In this document: positions 40,495-50,073 of the stretch, piece after piece | How the letters are laid out: each line of letters begins with the position of its first letter | Position numbering within the stretch: position 1 is the first letter of the stretch | Virus record (IMG/VR): IMGVR_UViG_3300043419_002586 | Length of the DNA: 64,000 bases | Origin: a virus | Direction: 5' to 3' (one strand) | The notes under the pieces: model-generated | What the model saw: only the letters and a program-made list of their open reading frames with translations | The model's database searches: none | What the model was told of the DNA's origin: nothing | Position numbers and translations under genes: made by a program

Positions 40495-41487
40495 TTACAA
40501 ACTATGACCGCTAATTCCATAAAAGGCAGATCCATCATAAACTTCTTCAATACCTTTGTCTTCTTTAAGGGATTGATCGTTATAGTCTAAATATGTTGTA
40601 AACTTTTTATTTGGATGCATTTGCCCCTCTAAAGACATAAAAACATTAACATCTTTCATTCGATCTGATTGTGGGGCTATATCTTTTGGAGCGTGAACAT
40701 TTGCTTTGGTATCAGGATTAGGAAAAGAAAGCACAGTATCTTTCAGTTCGTATTCTCGAAATCCATCATGATCTGGAGTATTGACAGTCATCAAGTCTTG
40801 AATATATCCATCAAACTCTTCACCATGAGTCAAGATTGGAGTTTTACCAATTGGAGCGTATGAAAATTGTTTTTCATCAAACTCATTTCTTTGTTCCGGA
40901 TATTCTTTGGTTATCCTATTTCTTCTTGCAATTTCATAATCTTCTGCAACACGATTTAATGCTTTATCAGAAATTGCAAAATGTAATCTTTCTGGCTTGT
41001 CAGGAGCTTTATAATCTTCTCTTGGATATTTAAAATCTTTGTTGTATTTATGTCTTTCCTCTAAAGATTGTTCCATAGTCATCATATGCTCATCTTTAGG
41101 TCGATAATGTTCTTTTATGTATGCTGGGCTATTTTTTAATAAGCTATTAGCAGCATTTTCCAAAGATTGTTTATAATTATGAAGTTGTGCTCTGAATTTT
41201 GCTCTCATTCTTTCTTCGGGAGTAAGTTCATAAGAAATTAATTCTTCATAATTTTTATGTTGAGGAGTAAGTCTAGATTCAATATTGACATCTCTGTTAT
41301 CTGGCTCTAAATGGGTTCTTCTCAGTAATTTGTCAAAACTAGCATCTTCATCAACATAAATATTGATTTCGTGCCCACCTCTGTTACTGCCACCACGGCC
41401 AATGGGACTTCCACCAGGTTGATATGGTGAACCATTGCCCCCACCGCCTACACCACCAAATTGAGCTGTTCTGATATTGTTAGACAT
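40495..41487 (-). CDS. Putative head-module protein
   Basis: Starts 'MSNNIRTAQFGG' (compare 'LAQFGG' in 33886..34428); has its own SigH-type promoter. Confidence 0.45.
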   Translation of the reverse strand: MSNNIRTAQFGGVGGGGNGSPYQPGGSPIGRGGSNRGGHEINIYVDEDASFDKLLRRTHLEPDNRDVNIESRLTPQHKNYEELISYELTPEERMRAKFRAQLHNYKQSLENAANSLLKNSPAYIKEHYRPKDEHMMTMEQSLEERHKYNKDFKYPREDYKAPDKPERLHFAISDKALNRVAEDYEIARRNRITKEYPEQRNEFDEKQFSYAPIGKTPILTHGEEFDGYIQDLMTVNTPDHDGFREYELKDTVLSFPNPDTKANVHAPKDIAPQSDRMKDVNVFMSLEGQMHPNKKFTTYLDYNDQSLKEDKGIEEVYDGSAFYGISGHSL

Positions 41488-41521
41488 AATGATTTGTTCT
41501 TATTAATTAAAAAAATTACCT

Positions 41522-44500
41522 TTATCGTCTATTTAAATTGACCATTTTTGATCTAGGCAATCTAACCATAATTTTTGATGTCAGACATTCGTAAGCTACA
41601 GCAGCAACAGCATCACATATGTCATCTTTATATCCAGAAAGTGCTTCTATGTAATATCTTTTACCCTTCCATTTTTTTTGCAAGAATAAAAATTGAATTT
41701 TAGCTTCTTGTATTTCATTTAGTGAAATTAATTTTTTATCTTGGTCATAATATTCACCGCCTGATAAATCATAAATGTCAATTCGATCATCACGTATCAA
41801 TTGCGATAATTCTGTGTAAATATTTTCTTTATATTCTTTGTTGAATTGACGCTCTACAATTGGAATTCTCATAGATTGTAATTTGATTATGGAAGATTGC
41901 GAATTCCATTGATCAATACTGACTTGCTTAAACTTAAACCTATTATGCAAATCAATTACGTAATCTTCAACTTCACTTTCTTTAACAGGTTGATTTTTAG
42001 ATTTTGGATTCCAAAAATGAATATGATCTATGACTACTCTTTTTAATGGCTTGAAGTCAGGTCCAATTTCTCCATACATATTTTCAGTGTGAGCTATCAC
42101 AAGAGCATAATAGTCAGAAGTACGAGCTGGATCAAGGTGACAAAAATACTCAAAATTACCTTCAGCTCTTTCTTTTCTTTTAACCATTGTCATTGATGAA
42201 AACATTCTATCTATATCATCGGAAACAAACATAGGGTCAGATGAAGAGGCTCCAAATTCAGCACCATATTGCATCTGAAATTCTTGAGGATCCTTCTTTT
42301 TTTGACCATCTAACCATTCTTTATCGATATTTGGATTGGTAAGCCAAGTTGGAAGTCTCATAACAAGAGTGGTAGGATCTTCTTGTCTGTTTTCATGTAA
42401 ATCATAAAGCAGACCTAATGGACCTTTTGGGTTAGAAAGTAACATCATTTTCCCATCTTTGCCAAACGTAGCAAGAGATGGTTTTAGATCATCATAAAGG
42501 GCATAGTCAACACCAGAATCAGGATTATCTCCAGCCATAGCAGCAACTTCGTCCATAATAATTGTCCAACAAGTTAAACCAACAAGTCCAGAAGCGTTAC
42601 TAGAACCACAACGTAATACTAAAGAGCCAGCAAAAGGATTGATATTTTGCTCTTTTCTTCTAACATTCTCTTCTCGGTCGTGCTCAGTATAAAACCGCAT
42701 TTCAAGCTCAGTATCTTTGCCAATATAAGGCGCAAAAAATGGAGAACCTAAAACTGTTTGCTTAATTTTAGAGAAGATTGCCTTTTTAGCCTGTTCTTCA
42801 TTTCGAGCAACATTAAGAATAACAACTTCATCAAATTCCATCAAACCATATCTTGCTTGAGGATGACCCATAGAAATCAATCTATATAATTCATAAAGAG
42901 CCATAGCAGACACTAGGAATGAATTGTGTGTAGGGATCATACTTCTACCACACAAATACATATGTGATGGGTGTTCTACTTGTATACATTGCATCCCAGG
43001 ATTAGGCACAGGATTGCATTCTTTTATAAAAATCCTATATTTGTCAGATTTATCAATTGAAGTTTTATTATCAAGTACTGATTGTTTTCTAGATAAATTG
43101 AAAACTTTGTCACCAGGGCGAACAGAATAAGTGATACGCCAACGATCAGATGTTTTTCTTCCATACAATTTAGCATCTGATTTTTTTATTGAAGCTTTAT
43201 ATCCCAATCCACAAACAAGTTCATAATAATCATATGCAAGAGTTTCATTGGTATTACAAAACTCCACTGTAAATTTCTTGGGATCTACATAACCATCTGT
43301 ATCATTTAAACCTCGGACTAATTCTAATCTTTGCTCAATAGAAGCTTGTTTATAAATTGATGGAATATGCTTGTTTTTAAATACACCTATCTCTTTAATT
43401 AAATGTAAGAATATTTTATCTGATTCATTGTTTGGTTTTATATAATGACAAACTTGATTATATTCAGAATGTTTAATTGCATGATTACAAGTTGATTCAA
43501 TGTAATCAAAAATTTCCATATCAATTCCAGCAATTTGTCCATTATTATGTGATCCATCTCCTAACCATGCTCCAAGAAGATAAGGATGAATTAAAAGATC
43601 TTGTTCTGGAAATTGAAGAGGTTTTGTAATATCTATGGCATGATTATATTCAACAGTAAATTTCTCATTTCTTTCAGTTTGCGAGCCTTTTTTAAGCATC
43701 TGTCTAGGCTTACCATATGTTAATGATTCATAGATTTGCTTTGTGGTAAATACCTGAGGCACAGGATCTTTCGAGTATTTGCCTCTGGATGCATTTTTTC
43801 TCTGAGCTTTTGTAAGAGTTACCCATTCATGATCTTCACAGGCAACAATCTTATCTCCATTACTAAATACTAATTCATAAGCTTGTTTTTCATAATCTAC
43901 ATCTGATTTAGCAATAATCTTAGTAGGAGTTCCATCAGGTGCAAATACATATTCTCCCACTTTTAATTCACCCATTGTAGACCATCCTCCCATAGTATAT
44001 ACTGGTGTAGATAACCGGGTCGCTTTACCGCTCCTTCTCCCAAGTACTAAAACAAGCTCTTCAAATTTAAATCTTTTTGAACATTTTTCCTTTACTTGCA
44101 TTCTTAATTTTGGATCAAATTCTTCAGAATAAAGTAAATCAAATTCACTTTGAAAACCATCAATAATTGGTCTTGCTTCTAGTAATTCTACTTGTCTTTC
44201 AGCATCAGGATTAGTGGCTTCTTCTTTAGCAAACTTATATCTACTCTCTCTAACATTATTGTCCAATCTTTTACATTGCAAACAAGGAGAATTAACTACA
44301 TTGAAAAAAGTTTTAAATTGCTTACCTTCTGAACGGGCTTTTAAGAAATCATTTTCATTTTTTTGGATATAATGCCAGACACATCCTTTACAATCATCTT
44401 GATTATTAGATTCATCAATGACAAGGTTAGTGTTGCCTTCTTGTCCCATATAAAAACATTTTAATATCAATCTTTGCCAAGGATAAGGTCTTAGATTGCA

Positions 44501-44734
44501 AAAATATGGATGCTCAATAAATGTGATGATATCTACAATTTGATCAGGATTAAATCTATCTTTCGAAGGTTTGGATGGAGGAGCAACTTCTGATCTTGTG
44601 GCAGGAACAATTTCATCAACAAAGTCATTAGCATATTCAGTGTCTTTGAATAATTCTGTTACAGAGTTCGCTTGTTGTAGTAATTGTGTTCGTAATTCTG
44701 CAGGGGATTTAGGAACTTGTGTTTGTTTTCTCAT
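41522..44734 (-). CDS. terL: Terminase large subunit, intein-containing
   Basis: Walker A 'GRRSGK|S' split by the intein, Walker B 'IIMDE', 'LLSNP', nuclease motifs 'HLDPA', 'IDQW', 'DDICDA'. Confidence 0.9.
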   Translation of the reverse strand: MRKQTQVPKSPAELRTQLLQQANSVTELFKDTEYANDFVDEIVPATRSEVAPPSKPSKDRFNPDQIVDIITFIEHPYFCNLRPYPWQRLILKCFYMGQEGNTNLVIDESNNQDDCKGCVWHYIQKNENDFLKARSEGKQFKTFFNVVNSPCLQCKRLDNNVRESRYKFAKEEATNPDAERQVELLEARPIIDGFQSEFDLLYSEEFDPKLRMQVKEKCSKRFKFEELVLVLGRRSGKATRLSTPVYTMGGWSTMGELKVGEYVFAPDGTPTKIIAKSDVDYEKQAYELVFSNGDKIVACEDHEWVTLTKAQRKNASRGKYSKDPVPQVFTTKQIYESLTYGKPRQMLKKGSQTERNEKFTVEYNHAIDITKPLQFPEQDLLIHPYLLGAWLGDGSHNNGQIAGIDMEIFDYIESTCNHAIKHSEYNQVCHYIKPNNESDKIFLHLIKEIGVFKNKHIPSIYKQASIEQRLELVRGLNDTDGYVDPKKFTVEFCNTNETLAYDYYELVCGLGYKASIKKSDAKLYGRKTSDRWRITYSVRPGDKVFNLSRKQSVLDNKTSIDKSDKYRIFIKECNPVPNPGMQCIQVEHPSHMYLCGRSMIPTHNSFLVSAMALYELYRLISMGHPQARYGLMEFDEVVILNVARNEEQAKKAIFSKIKQTVLGSPFFAPYIGKDTELEMRFYTEHDREENVRRKEQNINPFAGSLVLRCGSSNASGLVGLTCWTIIMDEVAAMAGDNPDSGVDYALYDDLKPSLATFGKDGKMMLLSNPKGPLGLLYDLHENRQEDPTTLVMRLPTWLTNPNIDKEWLDGQKKKDPQEFQMQYGAEFGASSSDPMFVSDDIDRMFSSMTMVKRKERAEGNFEYFCHLDPARTSDYYALVIAHTENMYGEIGPDFKPLKRVVIDHIHFWNPKSKNQPVKESEVEDYVIDLHNRFKFKQVSIDQWNSQSSIIKLQSMRIPIVERQFNKEYKENIYTELSQLIRDDRIDIYDLSGGEYYDQDKKLISLNEIQEAKIQFLFLQKKWKGKRYYIEALSGYKDDICDAVAAVAYECLTSKIMVRLPRSKMVNLNRR
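42923..44023 (-). mobile_element. Class 3 (Ala1, WCT) intein with LAGLIDADG endonuclease, 367 aa
   Basis: Starts ATRLSTP, block B 'CEDHEW', block F 'MQCIQV', ends 'PTHN|S'; endonuclease motifs 'LLGAWLGDG' and 'VRGLNDTDG'. Confidence 0.9.
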
Positions 44735-45414
44735 TAATTATCTTGTTGAATTTTTTCTCTCAAGGCAACAATTTCTTCTCTGATAATTCTCTTATCATTT
44801 TCAGAATCCATCTTTTCGTGCAATTTAGCAAGAATTTCAAAAATGTTGATATTGTAAATTCCTTGGTTATCTCTTACTTCTTTAAGATGCAGAATTTTAG
44901 AAATTAACTTTTCTACCATTGCTGCTCTCTTAAGTTTCATATCATTGTTCTTAGAGCAGTCAATTCCTCTTACATCATCAAGTTCCACAAGTAAAGCGGT
45001 GAGAGCAAGATGGTGTTCACGGAAAATCCAAGGGGCAATAAGTTCTTCTCTTTGTTCGTAATTCTTAAGACCTGAAGTAGAGATCTTTTTAAAATCACAG
45101 TGTTGTTCCATATGAGTATTAATCTGCATCCAGTTCATCTGTGCATCAAAATACTGTTGGAAGAATCTAATTACTGATTGATTTTTACGACCAGAATCAA
45201 GATATACGTGTTCTACCAAATCTCTGAAAGGCGAAGTACAAATTGCACACCTTGGTTCCAAAAATTGAGGATAAGATATATCACTCATATTATCAGGCGG
45301 AAGAGGCATCAATGGTTTATCGCCTTCTTTCAAATCCCTGAACATTTTAGATGGCTTTTTTGGCCCTTCATCGGGAACAATTAGTGCATCTACAGTTTCT
45401 TTTTTTGATTCCAT
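44734..45414 (-). CDS. Zn-binding helical protein, candidate terminase small subunit
   Basis: Directly upstream of and coupled to terL; 'CAIC...HMEQH' motif. Confidence 0.4.
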   Translation of the reverse strand: MESKKETVDALIVPDEGPKKPSKMFRDLKEGDKPLMPLPPDNMSDISYPQFLEPRCAICTSPFRDLVEHVYLDSGRKNQSVIRFFQQYFDAQMNWMQINTHMEQHCDFKKISTSGLKNYEQREELIAPWIFREHHLALTALLVELDDVRGIDCSKNNDMKLKRAAMVEKLISKILHLKEVRDNQGIYNINIFEILAKLHEKMDSENDKRIIREEIVALREKIQQDN

Positions 45415-45434
45415 TTCTTTAGTTATACAAAACA

Positions 45435-45460
45435 AACAAGCCGCTCGAAAGCGGCTTGTT
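45435..45460. terminator. Rho-independent terminator
   Basis: AACAAGCCGC-tcgaaa-GCGGCTTGTT. Confidence 0.75.
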
Positions 45461-45479
45461 CAATAGTTTAGAGAAAGAA

Positions 45480-46193
45480 TTAGTCTTTGAGGGCTCTTTT
45501 TAATCTCTGATATGGGGAAACTGTATCAGCAGCTTTTACCATATATTCATCAGCAAGTCCAAAATCAACATAATTTCCACCAATAAATTTGTCGCTTGAT
45601 GAGGTTGCATTCATTAAATCAACTTCAGCAGATCCCTTCTTCATAGATACAACATATTTATTCTTTGAAGCAGTCTTAATTTGTGCTTCTTGAGATTGTG
45701 CCAAAAGAACATTATTTAATAATGTCTCTTCAATAAAAGGTTTCAAAGATGCGTGAAGATGATTCTTGCCAGCATTATTATCCTTTGCAGCCTCAGTAAT
45801 TCTCAACCAGTATCCTAAGCCCTTATCATCTGTTTTTACAATTGAATGAGGACCAGTGCAAAGTCTCTTAACAAATTCCTTAGCTGAAAATTTTGTCAAT
45901 GATCTTTCAATAATAGGAGCACAATCAGAATATTTTGTTGGAACGACAGCAACTTCAACAGCAGTATTTTGTTCAACTTCTTCAGTAGAATCAAACAACT
46001 TTGAAGCAACTCTATTAGCAATGTCTAAATCAAAATTTTCAGCTGCAAGTAATTCTACAACTTCTGACTTATCGAAACCTTGATTTTTATATTTTTGAGC
46101 TTGACTATTAGCTACAACGAGTACACCATCATGATGTGAACGTAATTCGTTGCGCCAGTTGTAAATCATGTCATTTGTGTTGTTTTCAGACAA
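45480..46193 (-). CDS. Hypothetical, probably virion, protein
   Basis: Likely TTG start behind SD AAGGGAG; RVAS/KTAS motifs. Confidence 0.45.
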   Translation of the reverse strand: MSENNTNDMIYNWRNELRSHHDGVLVVANSQAQKYKNQGFDKSEVVELLAAENFDLDIANRVASKLFDSTEEVEQNTAVEVAVVPTKYSDCAPIIERSLTKFSAKEFVKRLCTGPHSIVKTDDKGLGYWLRITEAAKDNNAGKNHLHASLKPFIEETLLNNVLLAQSQEAQIKTASKNKYVVSMKKGSAEVDLMNATSSSDKFIGGNYVDFGLADEYMVKAADTVSPYQRLKRALKD

Positions 46194-46337
46194 TTCTCTA
46201 ATCTCCCTTAGATTTTTTATCCCCACCAATTGAAAGGACTTATTTAAATAGAAAAACCTCAAGACGTACTTATAATGTCTTAGAGGTTTTTAGTGGAACA
46301 TATTTATATAATACGAGAAATAAAAAAATATATTCCA

Positions 46338-46904
46338 TCAATCAAAAAGAAAATCTTTACCTAATATATTTTTCATCTGATCAAGAGCTTTAGATAATCT
46401 TTTTGAAAATGCTCCTTGAGTTATTCCAAGCTTTTCCGATGCTTCTTTTTGATCTAATTGTTCAAAGAAATATACTTGTATCACTTCTTTACTTTTGCCA
46501 TTCAATTTTTCAAAAGCTTGATGAATACAAATTACATTGTCAATTTTGTTAAATGGATCATCATATTGTTCAGTAAATTCTAATTCTTCTGCAGATTCTT
46601 CTTTTGGAAAATATTTGTCAGAAATATAACGAAATAAATTAATATCAATTCTGGTAGATAAGAAATAAGAAAAATAAGACAACTTAGGGTCATACTGATC
46701 TATAAGCTTAATAAAAACAAATAATGTATCTCCTAAAATATCTTCTCTATAAGGTGAAAGTCTAGGTTCTTTGTAGATAATTCTTTTTACCGATGAAATG
46801 AATAAAGGTTTGTAAAATTCGTATAGTTCATATAAAGCTGAATCATCACCAGCTTTGTACTTGTGTAGTAATTTATTAATTTCGTCGTAGTTCTGATCAG
46901 CCAT
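46338..46904 (-). CDS. Sigma-70-family RNA polymerase sigma factor (regions 2 and 4)
   Basis: 'GDDSALYELYEFY', 'YDP...FSYF', C-terminal HTH 'QKEASEKLGITQGAFSKR'. Confidence 0.8.
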   Translation of the reverse strand: MADQNYDEINKLLHKYKAGDDSALYELYEFYKPLFISSVKRIIYKEPRLSPYREDILGDTLFVFIKLIDQYDPKLSYFSYFLSTRIDINLFRYISDKYFPKEESAEELEFTEQYDDPFNKIDNVICIHQAFEKLNGKSKEVIQVYFFEQLDQKEASEKLGITQGAFSKRLSKALDQMKNILGKDFLFD

Positions 46905-46911
46905 ATAAAAA

Positions 46912-47913
46912 TTATACAAAGGCGAGTTTTGAAATTAATATTGGCACAGAATGATTTACAGAACCATTAGTACGCAAATCAATTATGCTATCTACTACCA
47001 TAGTAATCATTTTAGAAAACTGGGCTGAATTATATAGATTCTCTTTACTTGATTGTATACGGATTCTTATGGGATTTTGAGCCTTTACAGTGAATGTAGG
47101 CTCTTTGTATTCATCATTTAAATACTTGCCCAAAAGATCCCGTAATTCAACAATTTCTTGAACTTTTGTTAATGAAAGATCTGTCTTGTTTGTTTCTGAT
47201 ATTACAAGCATAAAGTTCAATTGGCTCAAGAGAACTAACAAAAATCCTTGTTCACCCATAGAATCGATAAGAAGATCTATCTTAGTTAAACAATAATCAA
47301 GATCTTTATTCATTAGTTTGTCGATAAATTCGAATATGTCACATTCTTCATTGAAAGAAGCATTTGAGATGTCACGCAAAAATATCTTGTCGGTGTAAGA
47401 AATGATCTTTTCTAATTCTTTAAACAAAATATCAATGTCATAGCACAAGATTTCTTTCTTACTGCCAGATTGTTTTGATTTGATACGTAAAATAGGGCAA
47501 ATTTCAACAAGATAATTCAAAGTCTCGCCATTTATATTCGCATTATTTTTCATAACAAAATTATTGATATGGCGCTTTAAAGAATTTGAATCACCAACCA
47601 AAGGATAACTACAATCAAAAATTAAGTTATTCTTTTTGGCTTTAGCAATTAAGGACAATCTACCATCAAAACTATCATCCTCGTATAAGATGATGTGTTT
47701 AATACCAAACTTTTCACTCTTTTCTTGGATTAGCTTTACGTCTTCATTTGAAATATTGGTATGGATATAAATGTTACTGCTATCAAAAAATTTAGAATAA
47801 CCATTGATAATCTTTTCAACATTATTATCAATACAAAGAATAAGACCAGGGAATTCTTCCTTGATCTTATTCAATGCTAATGTAGTTGATCCGTAGTAAA
47901 TTCTTGGGAACAT
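46912..47913 (-). CDS. DNA polymerase III delta (HolA)-like clamp-loader subunit
   Basis: 'ELEKIISY', 'IFEFIDKL' pattern; adjacent to the beta clamp. Confidence 0.55.
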   Translation of the reverse strand: MFPRIYYGSTTLALNKIKEEFPGLILCIDNNVEKIINGYSKFFDSSNIYIHTNISNEDVKLIQEKSEKFGIKHIILYEDDSFDGRLSLIAKAKKNNLIFDCSYPLVGDSNSLKRHINNFVMKNNANINGETLNYLVEICPILRIKSKQSGSKKEILCYDIDILFKELEKIISYTDKIFLRDISNASFNEECDIFEFIDKLMNKDLDYCLTKIDLLIDSMGEQGFLLVLLSQLNFMLVISETNKTDLSLTKVQEIVELRDLLGKYLNDEYKEPTFTVKAQNPIRIRIQSSKENLYNSAQFSKMITMVVDSIIDLRTNGSVNHSVPILISKLAFV

Positions 47914-47914
47914 A

Positions 47915-49012
47915 TTAATCCATCGGAAACAGTAAATGCTTAAAGTTTTCTGCTTCTAGCATCAATAGAATAAAATCATTGTGCCTAATAAAATTAAGTT
48001 TTATCTTTTTACTATCAAGCAAATCTAAGGCTCTAATTAAGTGAGCAGAAACATATGACACTGAAAACAGTTCATAATTATCTATATCAATCGTATCTAC
48101 CACTGCATTCTTCTCATTACTATTACCTGAAATGACAAGTTTATTGATATCTAAATTCAAGCTTATCATATGGGAATTTGCGATGCTAGACACAAACTTA
48201 ACTGACTTGACTAATACATCTTTCTCTAATTGAAGAGATAAAAAGAAACTATCACTGAAGAACTGATTAAAATTTGAGAATATTTTTTCAAAAGTATTCT
48301 TCTCAAGATTGCAAAACAATTCTCCACCATCCCAAGTTAGATAAAGCTTGCTGTTATGTAGCGAAAAAACTACTCCTGATACTTTTTCGACATAATATAA
48401 AACAATATCAGAAATGGTTTTTGAAATTAGATAAGATGGCTGTAATTCATATTTCTTGCCAAATACACTAATCCTGTGCTTGTCTGAAGATTGAGTGTTG
48501 ATTTTTCCATCTTCAATAAACCAAAGAATTGAAGTATAAGGATGCTCATCAAAATCAGGCGCACAAGAAAATGAAGTCATCTTGATACTGTGGACAAAAT
48601 CATCAACAGTTATATCTAATGGTTCTAAATTACTAGAAAAATCTACTGTAAAGTTATCGACAGGAGCAGAAGATAAAGATACTCTGGTTTTCTTATTGCC
48701 AAAGATAAGTATATTTTCTTCAGCATTGTATATAAATTGAATTTCTTCTGTAGGGAAATTATTTACAGCATTATAGAAAGAAGATATATCTAAACCAAAA
48801 GTACCATCTTCTGTAGGTTCAACATTCTTAAGTAAAAATTTAGAGCAGCAGAAATTATTTTCTGATTGAACATAAAGTTTGCCATCAGAAGAATGAAAAA
48901 TAAGACTACTCGATGATGTTTTGTTTTCACGCATCGACAGTTTAGATTTCTCAATTTTATTAAGTAAGGCAAAACATACAAGATGTTCTGCCTTATTCAA
49001 CTTAAATTTCAA
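47915..49012 (-). CDS. dnaN: Beta sliding clamp
   Basis: 365 aa, three-domain length, 'SSDKHRIS', C-terminal 'HLLFPM'. Confidence 0.75.
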   Translation of the reverse strand: MKFKLNKAEHLVCFALLNKIEKSKLSMRENKTSSSSLIFHSSDGKLYVQSENNFCCSKFLLKNVEPTEDGTFGLDISSFYNAVNNFPTEEIQFIYNAEENILIFGNKKTRVSLSSAPVDNFTVDFSSNLEPLDITVDDFVHSIKMTSFSCAPDFDEHPYTSILWFIEDGKINTQSSDKHRISVFGKKYELQPSYLISKTISDIVLYYVEKVSGVVFSLHNSKLYLTWDGGELFCNLEKNTFEKIFSNFNQFFSDSFFLSLQLEKDVLVKSVKFVSSIANSHMISLNLDINKLVISGNSNEKNAVVDTIDIDNYELFSVSYVSAHLIRALDLLDSKKIKLNFIRHNDFILLMLEAENFKHLLFPMD

Positions 49013-50004
49013 TGTAATTGCCCTTGGAATTCTACTTCAGTGTTAGGGAGATAGATCTTTATTTCTTTCAAGATATTTGAAATGAATGTATCCTCATCAG
49101 AGCAAGAAATCAACATTCCATTCTCATAATAATTCCAAGCACTAATAACTTGTCGAAGAACATCCATTTTGTTAATAATAAGCTTTGTAACACCATTCAT
49201 TTGGCAAGCAGTTATAACTTCTTGGATATTTAGCCAGTCAATTTGTCTTGGTCGTCCTGTCGTGGCTCCATATTCCTGACCAATTTCTCTGAGTTGCTCA
49301 AATCGCTCGTCATCTTTTTGGTATCCTTTAGCTCCAACATAGGTAGAATAACATTTGATAACCCCGACAACATTCCGTACTTGCTTAAAATTGAAACCAT
49401 TATTTAATACTGCTCCTACTCCAGTGTTTGAAGAAGTGACATAAGGATAATCACCAAAGTCAATGTCAAGCCAATATCCTTGAGCACCTTCAGCTAAAAA
49501 CTTCTTTGGCTCTGAATGAATTAAGTCGTGCATATTGACAAGATATGGTGCTAATTCAGGTACATCTTTAGCACGAAGACCAGTTCGACCAACTTTGTCT
49601 TTATAACAAGGGCCATTTCCAGTTCGTGTTGTTCCAATAGTTGTGTCTTTGGAATCTTCTTCGATATGCTCTAAGGTAATAATATGGGCGTTTTCTGCAA
49701 TCTTTAAAAGCGATGTGTCAAATCCAAATCCTTCAAGATACTCAAGTTCGTCAAATAATTTTTGCGTATTGATAACACAACCATTACCGATGACACTAGG
49801 AACACCATGCAAAATGCCGCAAGGAACAAGGTGTGTAACAATTTTCTCTCCATTGAGGTAAATTGTATGACCAGCATTGCCTCCTCCATTAAAGCGGACA
49901 ACATAGTCATAATTACCAGTACTTACCATTTGATTGGCAATTTTACCTTTGCCTTCATCTCCATACTGCATACCAATAACTACATCAACAATTGAAGTTT
50001 CCAT
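49009..50004 (-). CDS. purA: Adenylosuccinate synthetase, short form
   Basis: 'QYGDEGKGK', 'NAGHT', 'EGAQG', 'YPYVTSS', 'GATTGRPR'. Confidence 0.9.
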   Translation of the reverse strand: METSIVDVVIGMQYGDEGKGKIANQMVSTGNYDYVVRFNGGGNAGHTIYLNGEKIVTHLVPCGILHGVPSVIGNGCVINTQKLFDELEYLEGFGFDTSLLKIAENAHIITLEHIEEDSKDTTIGTTRTGNGPCYKDKVGRTGLRAKDVPELAPYLVNMHDLIHSEPKKFLAEGAQGYWLDIDFGDYPYVTSSNTGVGAVLNNGFNFKQVRNVVGVIKCYSTYVGAKGYQKDDERFEQLREIGQEYGATTGRPRQIDWLNIQEVITACQMNGVTKLIINKMDVLRQVISAWNYYENGMLISCSDEDTFISNILKEIKIYLPNTEVEFQGQLH

Positions 50005-50073
50005 AAAAGAATATTACCAAGCTACCCATTCAAAATCAAGGGCTTATGGGGATAAATGTAAAATATACTAAAT

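Noticed and set aside
49009-50004. PurZ / 2-aminoadenine (Z-genome) pathway
   Set aside because: The enzyme keeps the canonical PurA 'GDEGKG' Asp (PurZ has Ser there), and no DatZ/MazZ-like neighbours are recognisable in the window.
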